DNA from: an uncultured Clostridia bacterium
GTDB taxonomy: Bacteria > Bacillota > Clostridia > TANB77 > CAG-465
Assembly: GCA_934132895.1 (NCBI GenBank)
Contig: CAKPAG010000004.1
Coordinates: forward strand, 37,846-101,845
Direction: 5' to 3'
Length of the DNA stretch: 64,000 nucleotides
Made by a program: the position numbers and the translations under genes. Shown piece by piece: positions 1 to 11,953 of this stretch. Under the pieces are notes generated by a model. The model saw nothing but the letters and a program-made list of their open reading frames with translations. It searched no databases and was not told the origin of the DNA. How positions within the stretch are numbered: the first letter of the stretch is position 1; each line of letters begins with the position of its first letter.

Positions 1-291
1 ATTAATATGTTTGATGTAGATTATATAGTTCCTGATATTTCACTAATAAGAGATATTTTAAATGATCCTGAAAAGCAAAAATTCTTGCAAGAATTAGTAA
101 CATATTCAATATCTAAAGGATGTAAAATAATTGTTGTGGGTGTTGAAGATATTTCTACATTAAATTTATTAAAAAGAATAGGTGTTGAACTAGTACAAGG
201 ATATTATTTTTCTAAACCTGTTGAGGTAGTAAATGACATTAATTTAAATATAAAAAAAGTATTTGCAAATATTGATAATGAAAACATTTGA
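1..291 (+). CDS. C-terminal fragment of an EAL-domain (c-di-GMP phosphodiesterase-type) protein; 5' end lies outside the window
   Basis: Translation ends ...IIVVGVEDISTLNLLKRIGVELVQGYYFSKP. The VQGYYFSKP motif is typical of the EAL-domain C-terminus. The frame is open to the window start. Confidence 0.55.
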   Translation: MNMFDVDYIVPDISLIRDILNDPEKQKFLQELVTYSISKGCKIIVVGVEDISTLNLLKRIGVELVQGYYFSKPVEVVNDINLNIKKVFANIDNENI

Positions 292-330
292 TAGTGCTAA
301 ATGAAAAAATAAAAATATTTGAAAAATAAC

Positions 331-359
331 TTGACAAACTAAATTTTAAGTAGTATAAT
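331..359 (+). promoter_or_regulatory. sigma-A type promoter for recA (TTGACA -17 nt- TATAAT)
   Basis: TTGACA at 331-336 and TATAAT at 354-359, with a perfect 17-nt spacer, about 45 nt upstream of the recA ATG. Confidence 0.6.
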
Positions 360-365
360 CAATTT

Positions 366-377
366 GAACAAATGTTC
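366..377 (+). promoter_or_regulatory. LexA/DinR operator (Gram-positive Cheo/SOS box GAAC-N4-GTTC)
   Basis: GAACAAATGTTC lies between the -10 box and the RBS of recA and matches the Firmicute LexA consensus CGAACnnnnGTTCG core. Confidence 0.6.
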
Positions 378-403
378 TGAAAAAGATTGAGAGGGGAATT
401 TAA

Positions 404-1447
404 ATGATATCTGAAGAAAGAAAAAAAGCATTAGATATAGCAATGGCACAAATCGAAAAAAATTTTGGAAAAGGTTCAGTAATGAAACTTGGCGAAGTTG
501 GAAACGTTAATGTAGATTCTATTCCAAGTGGAGCATTAAGTTTAGATATTGCTCTAGGAATAGGAGGATTTCCAAGAGGAAGAATAATCGAAGTATTTGG
601 ACCAGAATCTTCTGGTAAAACAACTGTAGCATTACATGCTATAGCAGAGGCACAAAAACTTGGAGGAATAGCTGCATTTATAGATGCAGAGCATGCACTT
701 GATCCAGTTTATGCAAAAAAATTAGGGGTAGATATTGACAATTTAATTGTAGCTCAGCCAGATACAGGAGAGCAAGCATTAGAAATTGCAGAACAACTTA
801 TACGTAGTGGTGCTGTTGATATTATAACAATAGACTCTGTTGCAGCTCTTGTACCAAAAGCAGAAATTGATGGAGAAATGGGAGACAGTCATGTTGGATT
901 ACAAGCTAGACTTATGTCTCAAGCATTAAGAAAATTAACTGGTGTTCTTAACAAATCTAAAACAGTTGCAATATTTATTAACCAATTAAGAGAAAAAGTG
1001 GGTATTATGTTTGGTAATCCTGAAACTACTCCTGGTGGAAGAGCTTTAAAATTCTACTCTTCTGTTAGACTTGACGTAAGAAAACAAGAAGCAATAAAAA
1101 TTAATGGAGAAGTAGTTGGTTCTAGAACTAAAGTTAAAGTGGTAAAGAACAAAGTAGCACCTCCATTTAGAGAAGCTGTATTTGATATAGTTTATGGAGA
1201 AGGAATTTCAAATGAAGGATGTGTTCTTGATTTAGCAGTAGATTTAGACATTGTAGATAAAAGTGGAGCTTGGTTTGCATACAAAGGCCAAAAAATAGGG
1301 CAAGGTAGAGAAAATGCTAAGAGCTTCTTAAAAGAAAATCCTGACATAATGAAAGAAATAGAAAATAAAGTAAGAGAAAACTTTAATTTAGCCTTTGAAA
1401 AGAGCATGGGAGAAATAACAGGTGCTGATGAAGAGGAAGAAGAATAG
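404..1447 (+). CDS. recA: Recombinase RecA
   Basis: 347 aa. Walker [10 protein letters not shown], full RecA core and an acidic C-terminal tail. RBS GAGAGGGG is upstream. Confidence 0.97.
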   Translation: MISEERKKALDIAMAQIEKNFGKGSVMKLGEVGNVNVDSIPSGALSLDIALGIGGFPRGRIIEVFGPESSGKTTVALHAIAEAQKLGGIAAFIDAEHALDPVYAKKLGVDIDNLIVAQPDTGEQALEIAEQLIRSGAVDIITIDSVAALVPKAEIDGEMGDSHVGLQARLMSQALRKLTGVLNKSKTVAIFINQLREKVGIMFGNPETTPGGRALKFYSSVRLDVRKQEAIKINGEVVGSRTKVKVVKNKVAPPFREAVFDIVYGEGISNEGCVLDLAVDLDIVDKSGAWFAYKGQKIGQGRENAKSFLKENPDIMKEIENKVRENFNLAFEKSMGEITGADEEEEE

Positions 1448-1459
1448 GAGATAATTGTC

Positions 1460-1909
1460 ATGAGCTTTGAAGTAGCAAAAGAAAAAGCTTTTAGATATGT
1501 AGCATTATCCAAAAAGACGGCATTTGAAGTAAGAAAAAAACTTCAAAAAAGTGGTTTTGATGATGAAATAATTGAAAAAGTGATTTCGTATATGCAGAAT
1601 TTAAAGTATATTGATGATGTAGAATATGTAGACGCATATATTAGACAATGTATGCGTCTACAAAACTATTCTATATTTGAGATAAAAAATAAACTTATGC
1701 AAAAAGGAATAGACAAATATTTATTAGAAGAAAAACTAGAAGAGTTATCTAATACAGATTATGAAAAAAAATTGGCTCATAAATTATTATCAACTAAATT
1801 AAAACAAATGGAGCCTTTAAAAAAGAAACAATACCTATATAGAAGAGGTTTTAAAAATTTAGGAAGCTTAGTGAATTTCGAAAATGAAGATGTAGATTAC
1901 TATGAATAA
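1460..1909 (+). CDS. recX: Recombination regulator RecX
   Basis: 149 aa directly downstream of recA. Repeated three-helix RecX-type motifs (KA..YL..R..S..EV..KL..KGF..). Confidence 0.75.
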   Translation: MSFEVAKEKAFRYVALSKKTAFEVRKKLQKSGFDDEIIEKVISYMQNLKYIDDVEYVDAYIRQCMRLQNYSIFEIKNKLMQKGIDKYLLEEKLEELSNTDYEKKLAHKLLSTKLKQMEPLKKKQYLYRRGFKNLGSLVNFENEDVDYYE

Positions 1910-2046
1910 TAAAAATAATATATGCAAGAAATGAATAAAATAGATTTTATGTTTTAGCAATTCTTGCATAATTTTTCTTCTATTTCTTGCTTTTTTTCCT
2001 TAATATGATAAAATATAGATAAATTTAATTTGGGAGTAGATGATAT

Positions 2047-2796
2047 ATGATAAAAGTACCAACAGCACATAATGAAGCTAAAAAAGGAGATATTGCAAAC
2101 TTAGTAATAATGCCTGGTGATCCTTTAAGAGCAGAATATATAGCTAAAAAATTTTTAAAAGATGCGTTTTGCTATAATAAAGTTAGAAATATGTATGGTT
2201 TTACCGGGATGTATAATGATGTGAGAGTATCCGTTCAAGCAAGTGGAATGGGAATTCCTTCAATGGGAATATATTCAAAAGAATTATACGAAGGTTATGA
2301 TGTTGATTTAATTATACGAGTTGGAAGTGCAGGAACGTTAAATGAAGATATTAATTTAATGGATATTATCATAGCAGAAAATGTAGACTCAGATTCAGAG
2401 TATAACACGCTTATAGGGCTAAATAAGGATACGAAAATAGTACCTACAAGTGAATTATTAGATATTACAAAGAAAATAAGCGAAGAAAATTTAAAATATA
2501 AGAATGATATAAATATTAAATATGGTAAAGTATTTACCTCTGAAATTTTTTATGATTCTAAAGAAAGATTAGAAAAATTAGACAAAGATAACAATATAGC
2601 CTTTGAAATGGAAACTTTTGCACTTTATTCTAATGCAATTTTTGCAAATAAAAAAGCATTAAGTTTACTTACTATTTCAGATCATTTACTAAGAGATGAA
2701 CACTTAACATCTGACCAAAGACAAAATTCTTTTGATAAAATGATAGAAACAGCATTACAGATATGTATTAGATATAACAAAGAAAGGAAAAAATAA
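2047..2796 (+). CDS. deoD: Purine nucleoside phosphorylase, DeoD type
   Basis: 249 aa. N-terminus GDIANLVIMPGDPLRAEYIAKKFL...GFTGMY..SVQASGMGIPS is closely similar to E. coli DeoD. The stop overlaps the scpA start (taATG). Confidence 0.85.
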   Translation: MIKVPTAHNEAKKGDIANLVIMPGDPLRAEYIAKKFLKDAFCYNKVRNMYGFTGMYNDVRVSVQASGMGIPSMGIYSKELYEGYDVDLIIRVGSAGTLNEDINLMDIIIAENVDSDSEYNTLIGLNKDTKIVPTSELLDITKKISEENLKYKNDINIKYGKVFTSEIFYDSKERLEKLDKDNNIAFEMETFALYSNAIFANKKALSLLTISDHLLRDEHLTSDQRQNSFDKMIETALQICIRYNKERKK

Positions 2797-3605
2797 TGAC
2801 TGATATTATTTTAAAAAATAAGCAAAGATTTAAATTTACCTTAGAAAATTTTGAGGGACCTTTAGATTTGTTACTTCATTTGATTGTGAAAAATAAAATG
2901 AATATATTTGATATATCATTAAGTGAACTTACCGATGAATATATAGCATATATAAACGAACTGAATGATAAAAATATAGAAGTGGCAAGTGAATTTGTAG
3001 TAATGGCATCAACTCTTTTAGATATAAAAGCAAGGAAACTGCTTCCTCAAATAACACCAAAAGATGACGAAGAAGAAGAGATAATTACAGAAGAGGATAT
3101 TATAAAACAACTTATAGAATATAAAAAATACAAAGAAATATCTGGAGTTATATCAGAATTATATAGTAAGAATTTTGGAAGCTTTTCTAAGTCTATGGAA
3201 AAAATTAAATTTAAAAAGAAAATTGAATATACAGGGCAAGATTTTAAACCAAATGAAATATTTGATATATATAATGATATAATAAGTAGAAACAAGAATA
3301 AAATAAATAAAAACTCTGAAGAGATTAAAAAAATTGCAATATATGAAAAAATCACTGTAAGAGATAAAGTAAAACAAATAGTAAATTATTTAAATGCAAA
3401 TGAGCAAATGGTGTTTAATGAGATATTTAATCCTGTAAGTTGCAATAATATTGAAGTAGTAACCGCTTTTTTAGGAGCATTAGAGCTTAGTAAATTAAAA
3501 CAAGTAGATATATCTCAAAACTATCTTTTCTCAGACATTAATATAACCAAAAAACAAGATGCAGTAAACGTAAATTTTGATTTAGCATCATTTACAGAAG
3601 AATAA
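2796..3605 (+). CDS. scpA: Segregation and condensation protein A (ScpA kleisin)
   Basis: 269 aa. N-terminal FEGPLDLLLHLI...KMNIFDISLSELTDEY is the ScpA signature. Translationally coupled to deoD. Confidence 0.85.
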   Translation: MTDIILKNKQRFKFTLENFEGPLDLLLHLIVKNKMNIFDISLSELTDEYIAYINELNDKNIEVASEFVVMASTLLDIKARKLLPQITPKDDEEEEIITEEDIIKQLIEYKKYKEISGVISELYSKNFGSFSKSMEKIKFKKKIEYTGQDFKPNEIFDIYNDIISRNKNKINKNSEEIKKIAIYEKITVRDKVKQIVNYLNANEQMVFNEIFNPVSCNNIEVVTAFLGALELSKLKQVDISQNYLFSDINITKKQDAVNVNFDLASFTEE

Positions 3606-3620
3606 AAAAAGGAGTAAACT

Positions 3621-4454
3621 ATGGATAGTTATTTGGAAAGAATAAAATATGAAAAAATAGGCGAATCCAAAAATGCAGATGAAAAACAACTAAACTGGAA
3701 TATAGCTTTTGGTTTGCAAGCAGTTGATAATTTAACTCCTTCAAAGTATATGGTTAAGTTGGCTGAAGAAAATATACTGGGCAAAAAAAGCTATAATAAA
3801 GTTAAAGATGAGATAAATGAATATTATAACGTAGAAAATAATGAGGGAAGTTTAAATAAAAAAGAGGAAGAAGCAGATAAGGTTTCATTACAAATAATGA
3901 AAATATTAAACGATAAGGCTTTTTCTTTTAATTATTTGACATTAAAAAACTACCATAAAAGATTATTTCAAAATATAGATATCGGCATTGCAACAAAATT
4001 TATAGGTGAATTTAGAGACTATAATATAACAAAAAAAGAAGATATTTTACGTGGCGAAACTGTGCAATACGCTGATTTTTCAATGATAGAAGCAAGCCTT
4101 AAATTTGATTTTGAAGAAGAGTCAAAACAAAAATATACTATTATGTCTGATGATGAAAAGATTAATAGATTATGCACTTTTGTTTCAAACATATGGCAGG
4201 TTCATCCGTTTGGAGAAGGAAATACGAGAGTTACTGCAGTATTTATTCAAAAGTATTTAAATAGCAAAGGTTTTAAAGTAAACAATGAACTTTTTAAAGA
4301 TAATTCGTTATATTTTAGAAATGCTTTAGTTAGAGCAAATTATACTAATATATGCCAAGGTGTAGACGAAGATAAAAGGTATTTAAAGTTATTTTTTGAA
4401 AATTTGTTACTAAATAAAAATAATAAATTAGATAATAATGAGTTATACATATAA
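3621..4454 (+). CDS. Fic/DOC family protein with a non-canonical Fic motif
   Basis: 277 aa. The motif HPFGEGNTRVTA differs from the canonical HPFx(D/E)GNGRxxR at two positions (second G to T, final R to A). Sits 16 nt after scpA, in the position normally held by scpB. Confidence 0.7.
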   Translation: MDSYLERIKYEKIGESKNADEKQLNWNIAFGLQAVDNLTPSKYMVKLAEENILGKKSYNKVKDEINEYYNVENNEGSLNKKEEEADKVSLQIMKILNDKAFSFNYLTLKNYHKRLFQNIDIGIATKFIGEFRDYNITKKEDILRGETVQYADFSMIEASLKFDFEEESKQKYTIMSDDEKINRLCTFVSNIWQVHPFGEGNTRVTAVFIQKYLNSKGFKVNNELFKDNSLYFRNALVRANYTNICQGVDEDKRYLKLFFENLLLNKNNKLDNNELYI

Positions 4455-4465
4455 ATCATAGAAAA

Positions 4466-4507
4466 GAAAACTCACGCAAACTATAAAAAAAACGCGTGAG
4501 TTTTTTC
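4466..4507 (+). terminator. Rho-independent terminator after the fic gene
   Basis: AAAACTCACGC ... GCGTGAGTTTT stem followed by a T-run. Confidence 0.6.
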
Positions 4508-4574
4508 TACCTTTATGTGAGTAATTGAAAAAAGCATCAAAAATTCAAAAGTTTTTTCATATTTTTGAAAAAAC

Positions 4575-4603
4575 TTGACTATAATGATAAAAAAGAGTAT
4601 AAT
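4575..4603 (+). promoter_or_regulatory. sigma-A type promoter (TTGACT -17 nt- TATAAT) for the AAA ATPase gene
   Basis: TTGACT at 4575-4580 and TATAAT at 4598-4603, followed by RBS AGGAGG at 4613-4618 and the ATG at 4625. This lies inside the longer TTG-initiated ORF given in the track. Confidence 0.55.
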
Positions 4604-4624
4604 TATTATAGTAGGAGGAATTTT

Positions 4625-5866
4625 ATGGAAAGAATAAATAGAGAAAGTTATTTATCTATATTAAAAAATTTCAAAGACCAACAAATAATAAAGGTTATCA
4701 CAGGAATAAGAAGATGTGGTAAATCAACACTACTCGAAATATTTCAAGATTATTTAAAAGAAAATGGAATAAAAGAAAATCAAATAATATCAATAAATTT
4801 TGAAGATTCAGATTATGAGGAATTGCAAGACAGAAAAAAATTATATGAATATGTAAAAGCAAAATTAGTAAAAGGAAAAAAGACATATGTTTTTTTAGAT
4901 GAAATTCAAAATGTAAATGAATTTGAAAAAACAGTAGATAGTTTGTTTATAAATAAAGATGTAGATTTATACATAACAGGCTCAAATGCATATTTATTAT
5001 CTTCAGAATTAGCGACATTGCTTACAGGAAGATATATAGAAATAAAAATGTTACCACTATCATTTAAAGAATATTTATCAAGTTTTGAAGATAAAACAGA
5101 TTTATCAAGAAAATTTAGAGATTATTTGAGATATAGTTCCTTTCCTCAAGCGGCCCAATTATATAAGATAAATCCAGAAAATATAAATTTGTTTTTAGAT
5201 GGTATATATAATACTGTTTTATTTAAAGATGTAATGCAAAGAAAAGGAATAACGGATAAAAATGTTTTAGAAAGAATTACAAAATATATATATGACAATA
5301 TAGGAAATAGAACAAGTATAAAAAGTATAAGTGATAATATAGAAGGAATAGAAAGAAACTCATCATATAATACAATTTCAAATTATGTAGAAGCATTACT
5401 AGATAGTTATTTAATATTTAAGGCCAATAGGTATGATATTAAAGGAAAAGAATTTCTAAAAACTCAAGAAAAATATTATGCAGTAGATATCGGATTAAGA
5501 TATTATATGTTAGGGCAAGGGTCTGGTAGAGATATGGGGCACATATTAGAAAATGTTGTATACCTTGAACTGTTAAGACGAGGATATGAAGTATATATAG
5601 GAAAATATGATGAGCTAGAAGTAGACTTTGTGGCAAGAAAACCGGAAAATACCATATACTACCAAGTAGCATTAACAACAAGAGGAGAAAATGAAGGGGA
5701 CAATAAAATCTTAGAAAGAGAATTAACTCCTTTGAAAAAGATAAATGATAATTATCCTAAATATATTTTGACTTTGGATGATGATTTAGATGCTGATTTT
5801 GATGGAATAAAAAAGATAAATGTATTGGATTGGTTACTTGAAAAAAATACTAATTTAAGTATATAA
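4625..5866 (+). CDS. AAA+ ATPase (DUF4143 / COG1373 family)
   Basis: P-loop GIRRCGKST and the C-terminal DUF4143-like region. Start moved to the ATG at 4625, which has a consensus RBS, instead of the TTG at 4565 that overlaps the promoter. Confidence 0.75.
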   Translation: MERINRESYLSILKNFKDQQIIKVITGIRRCGKSTLLEIFQDYLKENGIKENQIISINFEDSDYEELQDRKKLYEYVKAKLVKGKKTYVFLDEIQNVNEFEKTVDSLFINKDVDLYITGSNAYLLSSELATLLTGRYIEIKMLPLSFKEYLSSFEDKTDLSRKFRDYLRYSSFPQAAQLYKINPENINLFLDGIYNTVLFKDVMQRKGITDKNVLERITKYIYDNIGNRTSIKSISDNIEGIERNSSYNTISNYVEALLDSYLIFKANRYDIKGKEFLKTQEKYYAVDIGLRYYMLGQGSGRDMGHILENVVYLELLRRGYEVYIGKYDELEVDFVARKPENTIYYQVALTTRGENEGDNKILERELTPLKKINDNYPKYILTLDDDLDADFDGIKKINVLDWLLEKNTNLSI

Positions 5867-5867
5867 T

Positions 5868-5918
5868 AAAAAAGCAAAATATTAATGTATGATATGTACA
5901 GACGTATTTTGCTTTTTT
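5868..5918 (+). terminator. Rho-independent terminator
   Basis: AAAAGCAAAATA ... TATTTTGCTTTTTTT hairpin plus a T-tract. Confidence 0.6.
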
Positions 5919-6119
5919 TCATTTTAATTTTTTATCAGCTTTAATTTTTAAGTTATAGCACCTTGTCAAATATTGTAAGATATAATCTAATAAAGAGAGT
6001 ATTAACATAAACTTCCCAAGTTATAAATATATAAATAATATATCATTATCTATTGTGAAAGTTGGGTGAAAAAAACAGTTATTTTTATGCTATTTATTGA
6101 ATATACATATTTATTGTGA

Positions 6120-8112
<1,993 letters not shown>

Positions 8113-8165
8113 AAGTTTGAAAACCTCAAAGATTAAAGAAATGCTTAAGTAGTATAAATTATATT

Positions 8166-8213
8166 AAAAGAGCTTTAAATCAAAGAAATATACTTGATTT
8201 TTAAGCTCTTTTT
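8166..8213. terminator. Bidirectional terminator between groEL and the convergent gene
   Basis: AAAGAGCTTTAAA ... TTTAAGCTCTTTTT inverted repeat. Confidence 0.5.
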
Positions 8214-8219
8214 AAGTTA

Positions 8220-8657
8220 TTATTTTCTTAAGTAAGGAGTTAATTCCTTGATTACAGTACATTGCAAATCAGAAAATGAGACTACTTTTTCCTTTAATTT
8301 TTCATCCATTTTAGGATTACTATTTAGTAGTTTTTGGCATTCTATATATCCCATAATAGCACCCTGTATAAGCATTTCACTTATGTGTGAATTGCTACTA
8401 TCCATTAAAGTATTCATTTGTATTCCTGTCCATCCCATTATCTTTTGAGCTATAGGTGTATCTTTTGGTTCTTCTTTTATACTTTTATATTCTTTGTGAA
8501 CATTTTCTAGAAATTTTTCGTAAGCTTTTGATTGCTTTTTTAGTACTTTCTTAAATTTTTCATCATCACTTTTCTCTATAACCACAGCGTATGAATCTTC
8601 TCCCATTTTTATAGCTTTATTTAAATCGTTTAATATTTTTAAATTATCTTTGTCCAT
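8220..8657 (-). CDS. Hypothetical helical protein, family not recognised
   Basis: 145 aa, K/E-rich, predicted all-alpha. Convergent with groEL. Confidence 0.45.
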   Translation of the reverse strand: MDKDNLKILNDLNKAIKMGEDSYAVVIEKSDDEKFKKVLKKQSKAYEKFLENVHKEYKSIKEEPKDTPIAQKIMGWTGIQMNTLMDSSNSHISEMLIQGAIMGYIECQKLLNSNPKMDEKLKEKVVSFSDLQCTVIKELTPYLRK

Positions 8658-8800
8658 AATGAAACCTCCTAAATATATAAGTATATTATGTGAAGGTAAA
8701 AAATTATTATACCAAATAACATTAAGATGTATATTCTTCTAAAGAATAAAAGAGCCAAAAAGAGTAGAAATGTATCAATTAATACATTCCCACTTCCTTG

Positions 8801-10135
8801 TTATTTTTCACTTATTTTTTTTAGTATTTCATTACATTTATAAATTATTTCAGTTTCATTAACATCTAAGTTTAGTTTTTTATCTTTCATTAAAATTTTA
8901 CCATTAACTATAGTATGTGTAACATCTCTACCTTTTGCATTGTATACAATATCAGAAAGCAAGTTGTTTACTGGATTTAAAGTAATATCAGATAAATCTA
9001 CTATAATAATGTCAGCTAATTTTCCAACTTCAATACTACCTATTTTATCATCCATTTTTAAAGCTTTTGCTCCATTTATTGTAGCCATTTGTATAGCAGT
9101 AGAAGCATCTAGAACGGTTGGGTCTTCTTTATATCCTTTTTGTATTAATGCGGCAACATTCATAGCTTCAAACATATCTAAATTTGATCCACTACCTTGA
9201 CCGTCTGTACCTAAACATACATTGATGTTATTTTTTAATGCTTTTTTTATATCAGCAAAACCACAACCAAGTTTTAAATTACTTATTGGATTGTGTACAA
9301 TATTTGCTTTAACATTTCTTAAAAAATCAAAATCCTTGTCACTTAGTTTAACACAATGAGCTAAAATTAAGTTTATATCGTCAAAGTACTTTTCTAAAAC
9401 TTCATAAGGTTCCTTAACATTATATATTTTTTTTATATCTTGCACTTCTTTTGAATTTTCGCAAAAGTGTGTATGTAAAGAAAAGTTGTATTCATGGCAT
9501 AGTTTGGAAACTAGTTTTAAATAATCAGCATTTGTTGTATATAGCCCATGTAGTGCTAATACGTTATATATATTGGTATCAATGTCTTCATCTTTTTTGT
9601 TATATACTTCAAGTAGTTCATCAATTCTTGTATTATCTTTTGTGTTTTCTCCCATCAAACATCTAGAAGCTACATATCTTAACGGAATATCATGTGTTGC
9701 TTTTATTATACTTTCTGTAAAAAAGTAATGGTCGTTTAAAAGCGTAGTACCAGTTTTGCAAGCCTCTATTAATGATAGCATACTTGTATAATATACGTCA
9801 TTTGGAGTGAGTTTATCCTCTCTTGGCCAAATCTCTTTTTTTAACCAATCATCTAATGTAAAACCATCTACTAGTTCTCTAAATATACTCATAGGAACAT
9901 GTACGTGCATATTGATAAGTCCAGGCATTACCACTTTATTATTAGCATCAATTAAAGTAGCATCTTCATCAATGATATTTTTGTCTATTTTAATTATTTT
10001 GCTTTCCTCAATTAATATGTCTAATTTTTTTACAACAGTTTGTAAATTACTTCCTCTTAAAGTATATCTAGGGTCAGACATGTCAAGTTTTTCGAATAAA
10101 ATAACATTTCCATTTTTTATTAATATTTTTTCCAT
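8801..10135 (-). CDS. Amidohydrolase-family metal-dependent deaminase (MtaD/SsnA-like chlorohydrolase family)
   Basis: 444 aa. PGLINMHVH metal-binding motif, plus HTHF.. and GTDG motifs of the amidohydrolase superfamily. Confidence 0.75.
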   Translation of the reverse strand: MEKILIKNGNVILFEKLDMSDPRYTLRGSNLQTVVKKLDILIEESKIIKIDKNIIDEDATLIDANNKVVMPGLINMHVHVPMSIFRELVDGFTLDDWLKKEIWPREDKLTPNDVYYTSMLSLIEACKTGTTLLNDHYFFTESIIKATHDIPLRYVASRCLMGENTKDNTRIDELLEVYNKKDEDIDTNIYNVLALHGLYTTNADYLKLVSKLCHEYNFSLHTHFCENSKEVQDIKKIYNVKEPYEVLEKYFDDINLILAHCVKLSDKDFDFLRNVKANIVHNPISNLKLGCGFADIKKALKNNINVCLGTDGQGSGSNLDMFEAMNVAALIQKGYKEDPTVLDASTAIQMATINGAKALKMDDKIGSIEVGKLADIIIVDLSDITLNPVNNLLSDIVYNAKGRDVTHTIVNGKILMKDKKLNLDVNETEIIYKCNEILKKISEK

Positions 10136-10293
10136 ATAATTACCTCATGATAATTATATCAAGAATTAAAATTTTTGTAAATGTTAGTGCTTAAAAAAGT
10201 TAAATATATAAAACAAATATAAAATAAGGTTATTGTTATTATTGCAAAAAGGTGGAAAATAATATATAATGTAAATAATAGTGAGGAGAAAAA

Positions 10294-10698
10294 ATGGAAG
10301 AATATATAAATAATATAGATTTAGGGACTATATCAATGCAAACTTTAGCATTTATTGGTGATAGTGTATATAATGTATATATTAGGACTTACCTAGCTTC
10401 AGTAAGTAACGTACAAACAGGAAAGTTACATGTAAAGTCTATAAAATATGTAAGTGCTAGGGGACAAGCTAAAACAATTGATAAGTTAATGGACAGCTTA
10501 AGCGAAGAAGAAATAAATATATATAAAAGGGGAAGAAATACAAATATACATACAGTATCTAAAAATGTTGATGTGGTAGAATACAAAAAATCAACAGGAT
10601 TTGAAGCTTTAATTGGGTATTTGTATATAACCAAAAACACTAAAAGGTTAGAAGAAATTGTTAAATTCAGTATAGATTATATTAATAAGGAGGGTTAA
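10294..10698 (+). CDS. mrnC: Mini-ribonuclease 3 (Mini-III)
   Basis: 134 aa. LAFIGDSVYNVYIR..KSTGFEALIGYLY is the RNase III-like catalytic signature without a dsRBD. Confidence 0.8.
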   Translation: MEEYINNIDLGTISMQTLAFIGDSVYNVYIRTYLASVSNVQTGKLHVKSIKYVSARGQAKTIDKLMDSLSEEEINIYKRGRNTNIHTVSKNVDVVEYKKSTGFEALIGYLYITKNTKRLEEIVKFSIDYINKEG

Positions 10699-10703
10699 TT
10701 TTT

Positions 10704-11378
10704 ATGGAAGAAAATAAAACTCAAGAAGTTCAAGAAGAGAAAAAACTTGATAGTAACACAAAAGAAATAATAAAAAAAGCAAATGCAGAACGTAATTTAA
10801 GTGATGCGGAAAAAAAGGCACTTATTCAAAAAATAAACGAAGATTTTAATTTTAGAAAAATGATTAATGAAATTTCACTTTCACATGATTTAAAATTGGA
10901 TAAGTACGTTATATTTACTAATGGAAAAGAGCAATTATACTATGAAAATGGAGAATTCTTCTTGATATCTACAATTGATAGTAAGGAAGCTAAAAAGAAG
11001 ATAAAAAGAGAAGAAGCAAGAAATTTATATAACGAATATTATATGGTAACTGTGTTAAATCCATTGTTGAAACAAAAAAACAAAGGTATAAAGCTTACTA
11101 AGGCACAAGCAGAAAAAGCTATTATATCTAACGATAATAGTACAAATTCTAATGCTAATGCTTCAGATAGTACTGTAAAAGAAAAAGAAGAAGAGATTAA
11201 AACTCAAATAAAGCATAGTAAATTTAATGATATTAAATCTCAGGTAAATAGTGTTGATGAAACAGAAAAAAGTGATAAAGATGAATTAGAAGATATTCAA
11301 GAAAAACTAAAAGAATTAAAAGAAAAAGAGAAAAAAATAAAAGAAAAAAGAAAAGAAAATGAAGCAAGAGAAAAGTAA
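10704..11378 (+). CDS. Hypothetical protein with K/E-rich coiled-coil C-terminus
   Basis: 224 aa. No recognisable catalytic motif. Follows mrnC by 5 nt. Confidence 0.45.
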   Translation: MEENKTQEVQEEKKLDSNTKEIIKKANAERNLSDAEKKALIQKINEDFNFRKMINEISLSHDLKLDKYVIFTNGKEQLYYENGEFFLISTIDSKEAKKKIKREEARNLYNEYYMVTVLNPLLKQKNKGIKLTKAQAEKAIISNDNSTNSNANASDSTVKEKEEEIKTQIKHSKFNDIKSQVNSVDETEKSDKDELEDIQEKLKELKEKEKKIKEKRKENEAREK

Positions 11379-11393
11379 TAGGAGGCGAATAAA

Positions 11394-11615
11394 ATGGATA
11401 AGAGCCCTAAATTCTGGCTGTTTGCAACAATCTGTTTTTTGATATTTACAGTAGTATATATTTTAAGAGTTGGATTTTTAAATCCTATGACAATACTTAA
11501 TGCCGTATTATTTCTAATTTGTGCTATAAGTTTAATTGTTATTGTAAATAATAGTAATAAGAACATAAAGAAAAGTTTAAATAAAAAAGTTGTAAAAAAA
11601 CAAGTAAATAAATAG
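11394..11615 (+). CDS. Small membrane protein (2 TM), hypothetical
   Basis: 73 aa, two hydrophobic helices, basic tail. RBS GGAGG is upstream. Confidence 0.4.
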   Translation: MDKSPKFWLFATICFLIFTVVYILRVGFLNPMTILNAVLFLICAISLIVIVNNSNKNIKKSLNKKVVKKQVNK

Positions 11616-11644
11616 TTAAATAGCTAATTAATAAAAATATACTA

Positions 11645-11690
11645 AAAGTCTCTCCACCTTAACGATTGTAAGTTAAAGGGGAGAGATTTT
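11645..11690. terminator. Bidirectional stem-loop terminator
   Basis: AAAGTCTCTCCACCTT ... AAGGGGAGAGATTTT. Confidence 0.5.
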
Positions 11691-11696
11691 AGATTT

Positions 11697-11939
11697 TTAA
11701 GAAATTGCGTTTTTTACTTGTTCTATATCAGCTTGACCTGCTGGAGCAGCTGGAACATAATATCCTTTATCTTTGTTAATTAGATAAATATTCCATTGAA
11801 CATTTTCTAATGTGTTTCTTTTGCATATTAGTGTGTCTCTAAAGTTTTTGTTATTAGATTGTTGAATAGCATAGTTAATCATTGTTATCATTGAATTAGT
11901 TGATGATAATATATCACTTAAAGCTGTTTTTTCAGTCAT
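11697..11939 (-). CDS. Small spore-coat-F-like (Coat_F domain) protein
   Basis: 80 aa. The pattern SDILSS.NSMITMINYAIQQSNN..FRD.L...R......QWNIY..KDKGYYVP resembles the CotF/YraD family. Lies downstream of the spoVA operon. Confidence 0.45.
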   Translation of the reverse strand: MTEKTALSDILSSTNSMITMINYAIQQSNNKNFRDTLICKRNTLENVQWNIYLINKDKGYYVPAAPAGQADIEQVKNAIS

Positions 11940-11953
11940 TTAAAGCCACCTCC

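Noticed and set aside
1192-1512. 106-aa minus-strand ORF overlapping the recA 3' end
   Set aside because: Antisense to a highly conserved gene, low-complexity Ser-rich translation, no RBS. A chance ORF.
4565-4624. TTG-initiated N-terminal extension of the DUF4143 ATPase ORF
   Set aside because: The extension overlaps a consensus TTGACT-17-TATAAT promoter. The ATG at 4625 has a perfect AGGAGG RBS.
8248-10139. Plus-strand ORFs 8248..8448, 8940..9200, 9451..9666, 9807..10139
   Set aside because: All antisense to the well-supported minus-strand genes (hypothetical 145-aa gene and amidohydrolase). Hydrophobic low-complexity translations.
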